In this document: positions 50,041 to 63,074 of the stretch, piece after piece
How positions within the stretch are numbered: position 1 is the first letter of the stretch
Layout of the letters: every line of letters starts with the position of its first letter
NCBI GenBank assembly: GCA_964276515.1
Contig: OZ193909.1
Coordinates: 12,028,001-12,092,000, forward strand
Origin: Gordius albopunctatus
Lineage: Eukaryota
Direction: 5' to 3'
DNA: 64,000 nt
Notes under the pieces: generated by a model
The model's database searches: none
Told to the model about the DNA's origin: nothing
Seen by the model: only the letters and a program-made list of their open reading frames with translations
Program-made: the position numbers and the translations under genes

Positions 50041-51667
50041 TTTTTTCCAATAGCTGTTTGTCACACTTAGTGGTTAGCTCCTTCACGTAGTTTCTCTACG
50101 TATCCCTGCACTTATACCAGTTTTGCTTTAGCTCGTACCTTCTCAAGTCCATATATATCATGGCAACTTAGGCCTGCCTCTCTTTCACTTGCCTTCGACT
50201 TGCACCTTCTTGATACGTTTTGCCAGGTGACTTTCCTCCCGTCTCTCCAAATAGCCATAATATCTCAATTTTATTACCACCAACTTTCTACGAATCGGAA
50301 CTACATTTAGTTTGTCCCTTATACCTTGATTCCTTATATGGTCCTTTTAGCTTATTCCCAAGATCCATCTTAACATTCGCATCTCCATTGTTGCTAAGCT
50401 TTTGCCCATGTTTCCGCTCCATAGAATCTCGTGGCTACAATAACGGTGTTATATAATCATCCTTTCAATTTAATTGGTATGTGTTTGTCACATAGTACAC
50501 CACTCAACTCCCTGAATTTTACCCAGCCTGCGTTCTTGCCTTAATTTTGCTTTCCACACCCTCATCACATTGTACCGTAGAACCAAAATATTTAAAATTC
50601 TTCCTACTGCTTAAACACCAGTCATCGATTTGCAGATGTGTTTTCTCATATACACTTCCCGACTTCAAGCATACATATTCTGTTTTATCTCGGTTGACGC
50701 TAAGGTCTTTGCTTTTGATTCGATCCATCCACATTTTTACCTGCTCTGCTACTTCCACATTTGAGCCTGCGAACAGTATCATATCATCCGCAAAAAGCAT
50801 TGCCCAAGGTGATTCGTGTTTCAGGTCCTTAGTTATCAAATCCATTACTGTTATGAGAGCAATGGACTTAGTGCCGATCCTTGATGCACACCGACATTTA
50901 GACTGAATCTCTTCGATGTACCACTGGATGTTCGTACTTTGGTTGCGTTTTTATACATATAAACATTAAATAAGCGTTGGGTACATCCAGTGGCGTAGCT
51001 AGGTGGGGGCCCAGGGGGCCCGGTTCCCCCCCCCCCCCCACCCAAGGAAAAAATCTTGGGCCTCTGGGCCCCGCAAGACATTTTTTTTTATTTTATCTTA
51101 ATTAAGAAAAAATTTGAAGATTATAATGATTTGTTTTTGAATAAAACTTTTAATTATAATATGAAGCCCAAATATTTGTTTAATAAATGCAATTTCAGCT
51201 GTTAATAATAGCCTAATATTAACTTTAAATCATATTAGAAATGAGCATCACTATCAAATACTTTATAATAAGGCGCAGGATTTAGCTTCAATTTTTAATT
51301 TAGTACCTTCTAAACGTATTAAAAAACCAAAAAAGTATGATACTTTTTACTCTTTTGAATCTACCAATTCATTAATGATTTCAAAATTTATTTATATTAT
51401 CCTATCATTGATAGAATAATAGCAACATAAGATTTTCGGAAATTAATTGTAATTTATATAAATAGGTGCTTAGAAGGTAAGATTTAAACCCTTCATCCCC
51501 TTTTTTGCGATAAATCTCTTTTATCATAAGTAATTAACCATTATGAATTAAAAGTGCAAGATGCCGAAACAATAACGGCGAAAAATTATGTAATATATTA
51601 TAATTCTTTACTTCGAATAAAATGCAATGATATTTTTTCACTTATTAAAATTTTGCCCTCAATAGTC

Positions 51668-51892
51668 TTCCCAAAATTTATTATTTTGATTAAAATAATT
51701 TTTACTATCCCAATAACTTCGTGTTCATGCTAAAGATTGTTCTCATTGCTAAAATGTATTAAAACTTATCTTTGTGCCATAATTGTACAAGATAGGTTAT
51801 CTTCCTTAGCTTTATTGAGCTTAGAATATCACTTTATAAATGTTATTCCCCCGGATGATATTATAAATCCGTTCGCAACATCGAGGGAATAA
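51668..51892 (+). pseudogene. hAT transposase C-terminal dimerisation domain remnant
   Basis: Translates as FPKFIILIKIIFTIPITSCSC*RLFSLLKCIKTYLCAIIVQDRLSSLALLSLE...DDIINPFA, matching the hATC consensus P.TS...ERSFS.LK.IKT.LR....QDRLS.LALL.IE. Confidence 0.85.
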
Positions 51893-51959
51893 TATTTAAA
51901 GACTAATTTTAATATTTACTGAAAAATTATCTTTTAAACTTTTTAATACTTTCAAAATA

Positions 51960-54900
51960 TACCCTTGTGGGAGGGGGGGAGGAATGGGAGGACGGGAAGG
52001 GAAGGGGGAACGAAACTCATCTATACTCCGTATAAAAGTAGCATATTTGCTATGCAATTTATGGGCGAGAATAGGGGGGTATTAAATACAAAATGATTAG
52101 TTAATTATTTATATAAATTTTCCATCACTTTGGCCAGTGGTGATCTTTTCTAATGGTCAGCAGACAGCCAAATAACTAGCCTATAATTATAATCAAGAAA
52201 AAAAATCGATTTTAATCTCACTTTGGCCAATGGTAATTTTTTCCATTGGTCAGTAGCCAGCGGACGGCCAAAAAGTCATATTATCAATGTTATTAACAAG
52301 AACAATATATTAATTAAATAATAAAAAAAATGTTGCCCTCGCCGGGATTCGATCCCACATCAGTAGAGGCATAAGCCTTTGGGGCACAGGGATGCATATC
52401 AGTAGAGGCATAGACCCTTGTAGGGGGGGGCATAGGGTCATTATCAATTTTAACCTAATAAACCAATTCAAAAACGAAAAAAAAATTCGATTTATAATTT
52501 GGCCAATAGTCATGTTTTCCATTGGTCAGTAGCCAGCGGAGGGCCAAAAAGTCATATTATCAATGGTATTAATAATAACAATATATTAATTTAATTAAAA
52601 AAATTTTGTCTTCTCCGGGTATCGAACCAGCAAGTCAGAAAGTTGTAAGGACGGATAAAACTTTACAAATTAAGAAATTGATAAATGGGTTAGATTGAAA
52701 TATACGACGTATATCTAGGATGAGACAGCAACACAGTGATCGGTAGAAAGAGATGGATGGAAGGAAAAGTGCTTTTATAGCTTCTTATATTGAGGCGGGA
52801 TGAACTAAAAAGAATTTGACAAGATGATTTTCTCGTTGGTTTTAAGGGTGACCCAAAGGGTGACCCATGACATATTTCAAAAAATCATTAATGTTAATAG
52901 GTGTAGTGTAAAAATATGAATTTTTCAATAACTTAACAAAAATATATTAGAGTATTTGTCCAAATTTCCAATATTTGCCTTAGACCTGAGTTTAGGTGAT
53001 ATATTGTCTTTCTTTAGAGTTTATACTATGGTTATATTCAGCCGGTAAAATTATAGGTGTAATAATTTTTTTTTGCCGCGAATCAAGCTTCCTACTAATC
53101 ATAGGGCTATTTAAATTGCTTGTTATAATAATTAATTAATTAATTAATTATAATATAGAAACTTTGGCCATTGATCATTTTTTCTAATGGTCAGCAGACA
53201 GCCAAATAACTAGCCTCTAATTATAATAAAGAAAAAAAAATCGATTTTAATCTGACTTTGGTCAGTGGTCATTTTTCCATTGGTCAGCAGCCAGCAGACT
53301 GCCAAACAGCCTATATTTAAAATATAGAAAAAAATGATACACTTTGACTAGTGGGCATTTTTTGCATTAGTCAGCAGCCAGGAGACGGTCAAAAAGGATA
53401 TAAATATATAAGAGACGAAAAACCAAAAAAAAGAATTGATATATACTTTGGCCAATGGTCATTTTTTGCATTGGTCAGCAACCAGAACACGGTCAAAAAG
53501 GATATAAATACATAAGAGACGGAAAAAAAATATTTTGATTTATACTTTGGCCAATGGTCATTTTTTCCATTGGTCCGTAGCCAAGACACGGTCAAAAAGG
53601 ATATAAACACATAAGAGACGAAAAAAAACAAAAAAAATTCGATTTATACTTTGGCCAATGGTCATTTTTTCATTGGTCAGTAGCCAGGACACAGTCAAAA
53701 AGTCATATTATCAATGGTATTAACAAGAACAATATATTAATTTAAAAAAAATAACAAAAATTTGCCCTCTCCGGGATTCGAACCCAGATCAGTAAATGCA
53801 TAGGCTTTTGTAGTAGGAGGAGGGGCACAGGGACCCATATCAGTAGAGGCATAGGCCCTCTACGGGAGGGCATAGGGTAATTATAAATGTTAGCCTAATA
53901 TACCATCTCTAAAACGAAAAAAAATTTCGAATCACAATTCGATCAATGGTCATTTTTTTATTGGTCAGTAACCAGCGGAGGGCCAAAAAGTCATATTATC
54001 AATGGTATTAACAAGAAAAATATATTAGTTTCTTCTCTTCTTCTTCTTCATCAGTTATTTGGTCCCATATTGGTGGGGTTTGTTTTATAAGTTTCTTCCA
54101 TCTTTACCGGGTGAGTGCCATGTCTCGACTAATCTCTTTAGTTTCCATAACTTTATCGACTTGCCCTTTCCACGTGACACGGGGTCGTCCTCTTCCTCTA
54201 TTCCCCGGTACCTCCATGTCCAGTACTTTTCTATTTACGTCATGCGTATCCCTCCTTAGTATATGACCATACCACATTAGCCGATTTTCGTTAATCACGT
54301 CGGCCATAGATTGAATATCCATTTTTGTCATGAAAAAGTCATTCGTCATATGGTCGAGCTTAGTATACCCCAAGCTCCACCGTATCATTCTCATCTCTGT
54401 GGCTTGTAATAGCTTTAATTCCGTGGTGTTTAATACCCATTTCCATAGAAAAACCGGTCTTACGATGGATTTGTAAGCTTTGCTCTTCAACCATATTGGC
54501 ATTTTCTTGTCACACAAAACACCGGATATACTTCGCCATTTAAGCCATCCTTTTTGGATCCGGGCATTGACTTCTGTTGTGCAACCTCCCTCTTGATGTA
54601 GCATCGAGCCGAGGTATGTGAACCTGTCTACTTTTGGGTACTTTAGATGGTCATCCAGCGATGGGGTGCCTGTACCGTTCATTTCCATGTATACCGTTTT
54701 TCTATCCTTGACCTTTAATCCATATCCAGCTAAGCGCTTTGACCATTTTTTGAACGTCCCTCGTTATCGTGTCTATAATTATATTAAATAAAAAGAGACT
54801 TAAAGCAGAGCCTTGATGTAATCCAATATTAACCCGAAAAGGTTTAGAGTCTCCAACTGTCGTCCTAACGCAAGAGTTTGAAGCTTCATAAATATTTTTC

Positions 54901-57159
54901 ATAAGCCGTATATATGCGTCAGGGATATTTTGTTTCCTCAGCCACCACCATATTAAGTCGCGGGGGACCGTGTCATAAGCTTTCTCCAAGTCGATAAACA
55001 CCATATGTAAGTCTTTCCTCTTTTCACCATACTTATCCATCATTTGTCTCAGGGCGAAGATTGGGTCGATTGTGGATTTGCCGGCCACGAATCCGAATTG
55101 ATTAGCCGATATTTCCACCTCGCTTTTCAGCCTTGTTACTAAGATCCTTTCCAAAAGCTTCAAGGAGTGGCAAGTTAGCTTGATACCTCTGTAATTGTCG
55201 CAGTCCTGAGGGTCTCCTTTGCCTTTAAATAATGGTATAATCGTGCTTGCTCTCCATTGATTAGGGATTCGCTCTTCTACCAATATCTTGTTAAGGAGGT
55301 TCGTCATGGTGGTGACTCCTTCTTCACGACATCCGAGCAATGCTTTCATAGGTATTCCATCTGGACCATTTTCTTTTCCTTTTTGCATCTTGTTCATTTG
55401 TGTTCTAACTTCATCCTCCTGAAAGAGTTCGACCATATTTATATTTGGCTCAATTTCGGGAAGGGAATCCTTGTCGTTTGCAATATTCATAAGTTTCTTA
55501 AAATATCCTTTCCACCTTTCCATCACTTCTTTCGGCTTGAATAAGGTTTGACCCTTCTCGCTTTTGACTATTTTAAGAACTCCGACATCGCGACTTTTCT
55601 TCTCCCTTATCTTGCCCAATTTTTACAAAGGCCTATCGCCCCCTTTATGATCCAGTTTGTTTGCCATCTCGGTGTACGCGGCATTTTTCGCTTTTGCAAC
55701 GGCCTTTTTTGCGGCCCTTTTTGCGTACCTATACTCTTGATAATCCTCCGACTTTTTTGATTTATGCCACCGTCTATATAGATTTTTTTTTCTTTCGATG
55801 AAATCTTTAACCGATTGATCCCACCACCATAGTTCCCTATTCATAGCTTTGCCTCCTTTGGTCTATCCTAGAACACGAATCACTGTTTCCTTAATGTCCT
55901 TAGATAGCGTCTCCCAATCGTCATCTACGTCCCTTTGCAACTTCCTTGCACCCAAGAGTGAACAGGCTTTTTGATGGTATTCTTTGTTCTTCGACGTATC
56001 CTTTAGCCTTTCGTATCGAATTCGAGGTTCATAGAACTTTCTTCTTTTGGGAAATACTCTTCTGTCAAAATCCATAACAAGGGGACGATGTTGCCTGGCG
56101 ATTTCTTCTCCCGGTATCACTTTGCAATGTTTGGTACTCCATAAGTCCTTTCGCCGTATAAGCAAATAGTCAATTTGACTAAAATGCTTCCAACTTCTAT
56201 AGGTCACAATATGATTGTCGCGTTTTTGAAAATAGGTGTTAACGATCCCCATGTCATGTGCTTGAGATACTTGGAGAAGTTTTTCCCCTTCTTTGTTCTT
56301 CAGACCATGCCCATAGCCTCCATGATTGCGTTCATACTCGAGGCGATCTTTTCCTACGTGAGCGTTGAAATCGGCCCCAATAATTAGCCTTTCTTCCTGT
56401 CGGATTCCTTGTATTTCCTTTTCCAATGAATCGAATAATATGTCTTTCTCTGATTCCGAACACCAAATTTGGGGACCATACGCGCACATAATGGTTAGGA
56501 GGCCCCCTTGATTTGCAATCTTCACCCACATTAGCCTGTCAGAACAACGCTTGACTTCCACCATCTTGTCCTTGAACGATTCGCTTAGAACGATACCGAC
56601 CCCGTTTCTACGATTTGGTGACCCACTGTAGAAAAGCTTCTATCCTTCTCCTAATTCCCGAGCTTTTGTTCCGTTCCACCTCGTCTCTTGTAGGCAGGCG
56701 ATGTGTACCTTTCTTCTTTTTAGCATCTGTGCGACCTCGATGCTCTTCCCCGTCAACGTTCCCACATTCCAGCACGTAATTCGCATTCTTTCCACAACTA
56801 GTTTCCTTAACCGCCTTCGTTGTGAGTTGGGCAGTAACCCTAGTGTATTTTTCACATTGCACGGGCGGGGTATGCAGTGCGCGTCGTTTGTGGAGGAGGC
56901 CCTAGCCTTTTCTTGTAAAATCCTGTTTTAAACTCTTATAGTTTTGGAGTTGATTTTTATAGCCGGTTTCCGACCTGACGCCAACCCTCCACTTTTTGCA
57001 TACGGACTTGGGACCGTCGTAGGTAGTGTTAACAATATATTAGTTTAATTTAAAAAAAAATTGTCCTCTCCGGGTATCGAACCAGCAAGTCAAAACGTTG
57101 GAACGACGGAACGGACAACGGACGGACAACAAAAAGCGAGCCCATAAATTGCATAGCAA
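51960..57159 (-). mobile_element. Helentron/DINE-1-like element, copy C (inverted relative to A), interrupted by RTE-A copy 2
   Basis: subTIRs at 52047-52066 and 57140-57159, GGAC microsatellite at ~57105-57128, and the same internal ~480-bp unique segment as copy A. Confidence 0.75.
54032..57030 (-). mobile_element. RTE-A LINE copy 2, near full length, inactivated
   Basis: Same domains as copy 1. (GAA)n-like 3' tail. TSD AATATATTAGTTT at 54019-54031 and 57034-57046. Stops at 56640, 55863 and 55623, plus the YADD deletion. Confidence 0.95.
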
Positions 57160-57254
57160 TTAATATTATTCAATTTACGAAAATTCCTTCCTGGATTCAA
57201 TTTAATTGTCAATCTCACATGCTTATTGTTTAACATATCTTGCATATTTTTATG

Positions 57255-57480
57255 TAACACATTCACATATAAAGCCAATGATTTTCCAAAAATAGTTTGT
57301 ACACCATTTTTTCCCATTTATTAGTGATACCCCATCAAAAATTTGATAAATTAATATTAACAACAAATTCCTGAATTTTATAGACAACTGTTAACGCATC
57401 AAAACTTTCAAATGATAAAAATCCCAAAAAATAAATCATTTTGGTGTGGCATTGGATTCAAGATTCAACAAAATGTACTG
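57255..57480 (-). pseudogene. hAT transposase central (catalytic-region) remnant
   Basis: Frameshifted pieces FLGFYHL, FDALTVVYKIQEFV, FDGVSLINGKK.GVQTI and ALYV resemble the hAT FLGF ... YDGAS.M.G...GVQ ... A.YVHC motif series. Confidence 0.55.
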
Positions 57481-60207
57481 CGTATCTCACATCTCAAATT
57501 TCATCTAAAATTATAAAGTAAAATTTTGATTCATTTAATTTTAACAGAATATTTTAAAGGTTCATTTTAGCCGTTAAATTTTCGTTTATTTTAATTTTGA
57601 GGTGGTGTAAATGGGGGGGGGGGTGTTGTGCAAATATATCTATAATATCATCAGGGGCAATAACTTCTAAATACTCATTCTCGAACGAATTTTAATTTAA
57701 TAATTAATTTTTTTTATTTTATGTTATAATTACGCCTTTTGAGGATCTAGCCTTAAAAAAGACTTTTAAATGTTCTCATTGTTTCCCTGATAAAAATGCT
57801 GCCTGAAAATGCTGCCAATATTGCATATGTAAAATTAAAATTTGTTATATATATGGCTAATATTTTTTGGGGTTGTGGTAATAAAATATTTTTTTAAAAA
57901 CTTTGTTGTATAGTTTTTTTACTATTTGTATTATTTTCTAAAATTCCAACGATTTCTTGTCAATATCCTCGTTTCACTTTGTGCCCTTACAATTCATTTA
58001 TACAAAAACTTATTATACCAAGTGAAATTTTCTGTATTGTCTCAACTACATTACTTTGATTTATTTATGAATAAATTTTATTTATTTTATGCCCTAGAAA
58101 CATGCGGGTCTAAGACATACCAGTATGATGTTATTATAAAAAAAAGTAGTAGCGGAATTTTAAGTTTGTTCAACGTTTATGAGGGAAAAATTTTTCATTT
58201 GTGTTTGACCCATGGTCGTATCCAGGTTTTGGATTAGAGGGTGGCAAAACATAATTTCTTTTAATTTTTAAGGGTTTTTGTAGTTAAAATTTTTTTGTCC
58301 CCCCTCCCTGGCTTGACCAGCTTAGCCCCCTCAAAGCAAAAAGGCTAACTACGCCACTGGGTACACCATTGAAGCTCAGGCTAATTCATATGAACTGCCT
58401 TGGCACTTTATCGAAACCTTTCTCACATATGGAGATCCTTTGTTATTCCTTATATAGTTCCATAAGTCGCCTGAGACCATTAGTTAACTTTCCAGGCATG
58501 AACCCAAACGGTCGTTCATCTATTGAGATTATTTTTCCAAATAAAGCTTCTATAACCTTTCCGCGCACCTTCATTATGTGACTCGTTAACTCTATACCCC
58601 GATAGTTATTGCATTCTTGTACATCTCCCTTCATTTTATAGATTGGTGTAAGATAGCTTTCCCTCCACTCATTAGGCATCATAACAATTGCAAATAATTT
58701 GTTAAACAGCTTTGCAAATATATTTACACCTAAGGGCCCTAGCATTTTGAAACCTTCCATGGGTATATTATCAGGTCCCAATCTTTTTAAGCACCTGTAC
58801 CTCTTTTACTCTCACTTAAATCTGGTTCATATTCATAGTTCTTGCTTTCGCAGTGGTCCAAAAACCCATTTTCAATGTTTAAAAATTCTATATCGTATTC
58901 TTCACAACGATCTATGATGTGATGGTCCAGAGTTAGAGTGATGCCTTTCTGTTTCTTATGGTTTTACGTTTACCACATCGTTTGAGTTCCTTGCCCTGAT
59001 CTTTGCGATTTTGTAGACCATTCTTTCCCCTCTTTACTATTACACTTAGCGTCCAAATTCTCGTAGACATTTGTTTCAGCCTTGGCCACACATTGTTTGC
59101 CTCATTTTTATCCTTCACATATGCCAATCTTGTTTCTTCATTTCTGTTGCCTGACCATAATTTTTAAAGCTTTCTTTTCAACTTGACTAGGCGTTGCTTG
59201 CCTTCGTTCCACCACCATGTCTCCTTATCTTTTTGTATACCCCGTTTACCTTCTCGTAGAACACATCTCGCTACTGATCGTACTATGTTAGCTATATTAT
59301 TCCACAGACCGTAGGAATTCTGCTGATCATATATTTGCAACCTTTCCTATTTGATCATATAAAATATCTTTCAAATTTGGTAGCCGGAACCATTTGATTT
59401 TCCTATTTAATCTCTTCAGCTTTTGTGTTTTTGCCTTGGAGATGAGATGACCTAGTCCATTACAAAAAGTCTATGTTGGGCTGCAATAACCTCACCTGGT
59501 ATAACCTTACAATCGTGTACATTTTTAAATTCGTTTCTTGATATTAAGAAGAAGTCGATCTGCGAAGACAAATTTTCACCTTTGTACGTTATAAGGTGAT
59601 TTACACTGAAGAAGGTATATGTGATGGTCAAATCAAATGTCACAGCTATTTTCAATATTTCGTCGCCTTCATCTTTTCTCGATCAGTATCCATTTCCACC
59701 ATGGTACCGTTCAAATCCTTCTCTTGTTTTGCCTAGGTGACCATTCATATCCGCTCCAATTATAGCTATCTCGGCTCTGGGTATCATGCGCAGCGCTTCG
59801 TCTAATTCTTCCCGAAAGTCATCCTTTTCTTCATCTCTGCATCCTGTTTGCGGAGCATAACCGGACACTACATTATTCATCTTCTATGTAAAGTTTCAAC
59901 ATCATGAGTCGGCCACTTTTTCTTCGTACCTCAACGACTTTATCTTTAATATGTCAGGCTAATATGATTGCCACGCCATTTTTATTCGTTTCTAGGCCAT
60001 TGAAGTAAAGTTTATAGCCTTTACCTATCATTCTTGCTTTTGCACCTTTCCATCTTGTTTCCTGTATACACGCTATATCGACCCGTCGCTTGCTGAGGGT
60101 GTCAGCAACTTCTAGGCATTTTTCAGTCATCGTTCAAACATTTAGCGAGCCGACTCTCAATCTCGTCTTTTGCAAACTAGTTTCTTTAACTACATCCGTT
60201 AGCTTAA

Positions 60208-60467
60208 GGGCCCGTCTTAATATACGATTCAACTTCATGCGTCATATTTTTGTTTGTCTAAATATTCGATATACATGTCGTGGAATCAAAAATTCTAGTT
60301 TAGTTACCATATTAATATGCATTAATAAGCGTTATTAAAGGACAAATATTTGTTTTAAGAACAAAAATAGAAAAAAATGACGTGAAGCTCGTATTAAGAC
60401 GCGGCTATGTTCTAACATGCATTCGTTTTTTTTGCATCTATGCAAAATCGCATTTTAAAACGCACCC
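60208..60467. mobile_element. PIF/Harbinger-type MITE, second copy, inserted in the RTE-B 5' region
   Basis: TAA TSD (60205-60207 and 60468-60470). Full-length similarity to 20625-20892. Confidence 0.8.
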
Positions 60468-60666
60468 TAAGATATAGTGACCCTAGGTGACGTTTCGCAT
60501 GATACGGGCACCTACCATGCGCGTCGTTTACGGAGGACGCTCTGCCGCTTTCATTACTTTCATTATTCTAAACTTTCATAGAGCACTTGGATCAGGGGTT
60601 ACGCTCGGCTATCCAGGCCTGGCAGCCGTGTTGACGATGTGAGATATTTTTTTATATTTGAATTAA

Positions 60667-60735
60667 GTGCCAGAAACGGGATTGAACCTGCGAGCTCTTG
60701 CTTCAAAGACTAAATCTACACCCACTACGCCACCA
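60667..60735 (-). promoter_or_regulatory. tRNA-derived head with Pol III A and B boxes at the 5' end of RTE-B
   Basis: Minus strand reads GGTGGCGTAGTGGGTGTAG...GCAGGTTCAATCCCGTTTCTGGCA. A box TGGCGTAGTGG is at 60732-60722 and B box GGTTCAATCCC at 60688-60678, with tRNA-like spacing. No clean cloverleaf. Confidence 0.7.
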
Positions 60736-61090
60736 ATGACACCTTGACCCACCCAATTTCGTTGAAAGTATTTATCTAGTTCTATAAACGATAATTATAA
60801 TTATTGTAATCTAGATAGGTTGACGAATTTAAATTTTATATTTGTAAGTGATTTATGATACCTTGACATATGAAATTTCGTTGAAAGTATTTATTTAGCT
60901 TCATAAACGACAATTATGACAGTAGTTTTCAAATTAAGTTGACAAATTTAACTTTTATATTTGTAATTATGACACCTTGAACTACCACTTTTCGTTAAAA
61001 GTATTTATTTAGCTCCAAAACGAAAATAAATGTCATCAAGGTAAAACCACAAATAAAATTTATATATTTTTAAATATTTTATGACACCTT
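60736..61090 (+). repeat. degenerate ~115-125 bp tandem repeat (right part)
   Basis: Same units as 49485-50040, resuming almost in register after the RTE-B insertion. Confidence 0.8.
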
Positions 61091-61149
61091 AATCGATTGA
61101 TTTATGATTTAAATTATAATAATAAGCATTTATGTGTAAATATTCAAAT

Positions 61150-62624
61150 CAGAGACCAGAAATGTAAATTTTAATTTTCAGGTGGGCCCGGGCGGGCACG
61201 CTGATAGGATTCGGGCTATTAGGGCATAAATCCTAGTAAATTATCTTCTTACTTTTTTATTAGATTGTATATCGAGTTCGCGAATGTTGCCACCCCCCAT
61301 GTTAAATCTTCGCCCCAGTCCATTTCTTTCATATCCCTAGCTACGTTTATGGAGTATTGAATTATTTATATTTATGTAGCCATTTCATTGTTCGCAATAA
61401 AACAGAGGCGTCTTGCCATTTTCACACAATGTATGCGCATATAAGTGTTTCTAATTCATTAATTTTTTAACAAATAAAATTTCGTTCAGCCTTTTTGATT
61501 CCTACTATTTTTTATAATGCACTAGATGAACCCGGCAAACGTTGTTTTGCCATTTACCCGGGTGTATTAAATTATATTGGAATTTTAGGGCATATAAAGT
61601 TTAATGTCTATATGTTCTACTTATATTGTTCTATTTCCGTATAATAGATTAAGAATATATCAAATTTAATTGGTAATTGTTTATTATGCAAAAAATTTTA
61701 AACAAATAGTTAAAGAGGCTCCAAGGCCCATGCCCACCCAAGAGAGAAAACCTGGCCCCATGCCCCCCCCCCCCACAAATGAAAAATCTTTGGCCCCCTG
61801 GCCCTTAAAGCTATTTTTTAATTTTTTGTAATTATATAAACAATATCATAATTATAATTATTTGTTTCTGAATAAAACTTTTAATTCTGAACTTAATAAT
61901 GTCCGAAGAACTGAGATATATCAACATTTATTGGCAGTTTGTTAAAAGTATTTTCATTTTTCTCCTTATTTAACACGTTTTTATAATACATAACTAATTC
62001 GCAACCATTATTTTTTTGCTTTAAATAAAAAATTTTATTCTAAAAGTAAGTAATACTAATTTAAATAATTTTTTATTTATCCATTTAAATTGTGTGACCT
62101 ATGATTGGTTTTGCCAGCGATGATATAATATTTTTAAAAAAACTCTGGGCAAATTTTTTTGCATTAATTTAGGAGATTTGATTTGTCCGTTCAAAGTTTA
62201 TGCAAATGCTGTACCTGTCCATTGGTTTTTAAGCTCTATATTTTTAAATCTTTTTATTATATAAAATATCGTGCTTGATCTTAACTCTTAATTAGATTTA
62301 AAATTTTATTAATCAGGCCGGGCAGCTCTAACGGTTCGGGCATGGCCGAGCGGACACTAGAAAGGTTCAGGCGGACATTTTATTTAAAAATTTGGACCGG
62401 GCCGGGTTCGGGCAGAAAAATTTAAACCAATCTGACCTCTGTTTGGAATCTCTCAAATTCGGGACTAACGGCCAAATTTAATATTTCGGGCCGGGTAATT
62501 CGGGCAGCTTTAACCATTCGGGCGGGTCCGGGCGGACACTTAGATGGGTTCGGGCGGGTAATGAAGTTAAAAAATTGAATCGGGCCGGGTTCGGGCAGAA
62601 AATTCCAAACAAATCTGACCTCTG
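61150..62624. mobile_element. non-autonomous hAT-type element (1475 bp) with a duplicated right end
   Basis: Perfect 8-bp TSD ATTCAAAT (61142-61149 and 62625-62632). TIRs CAGAGACCAGA / rc CAGAGGTCAGA. Subterminal TTCGGGC/CCGGG repeats. A related fragment lies at ~4380-4490. Confidence 0.8.
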
Positions 62625-63074
62625 ATTCAAATCACAGTAAAATATACAATGTTGCCCATTAAATGAATGGTATGATGAAGTTTGCTTAAAAACAATTTAA
62701 TTTCAAACAACCCTGCTCGTTACCACAGTTTGTTTCAAACAACTCTGCTCGATGGCAGGTTAGTTTTTTCTAACTCATTAATCTGCCAGTGCTTCAAGCG
62801 GGTTATTAAGCAGTAGGTGCACGTTACGATTGATGGGAATGGTAGGATATGTATGCATCTACCATGGGTTATGGTTGTAGCATTTAAGCACAATATCACT
62901 ACAAATGTTAATAATATAAAGATAATAAATAAAATACGCCCTTCGGCGGTAACTGGGTGCGCCCGTTGAAGGCTCCGCCCCTAAACTCCCGTTACTTGGG
63001 GGCTCCGCCCCCAGACCCCCGTTTAGGCAAGGAGAGTCGCTGTTTCACATATTTTTTGTTCTAATCTTCATACA

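Larger units (their letters stand above)
50988..58359. mobile_element. decayed hAT element (7372 bp including nested inserts)
   Basis: TIRs CAGTGGCGTAGCTAG / rc CAGTGGCGTAGTTAG. 8-bp TSD GGTACATC (50980-50987) / GGTACACC (58360-58367). hAT transposase remnants lie inside. Confidence 0.8.
50041..60735 (-). mobile_element. decayed RTE-clade LINE of a second family (RTE-B), in pieces 50041-50987 and 58360-60735
   Basis: APE remnants (VVSGYAPQTG, IGADMNGHLG, SQIDFFL, CKVIPGE) and RT remnants (GPDNIP, NYRGIEL, GVHQGSALSP, WAMLFADD) are in the correct order across the 7.4-kb insertion. A 5' UTR motif is shared with RTE-A at ~60518-60542. Confidence 0.88.

Noticed and set aside
14872..57030. Segmental duplication explaining the two similar RTE-A copies
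   Set aside because: The flanks are unrelated and each copy has its own TSD.
60667..60735. Functional tRNA gene
   Set aside because: A and B boxes are present, but the acceptor and anticodon stems do not pair convincingly and the sequence is fused to a repeat body.
62935..63025. GC-rich hairpin GGGGGCTCCGCCCCCAGACCCCC as a structured ncRNA
   Set aside because: It is short and partly duplicated locally, and looks like a TE subterminal motif. There is no promoter or terminator evidence.
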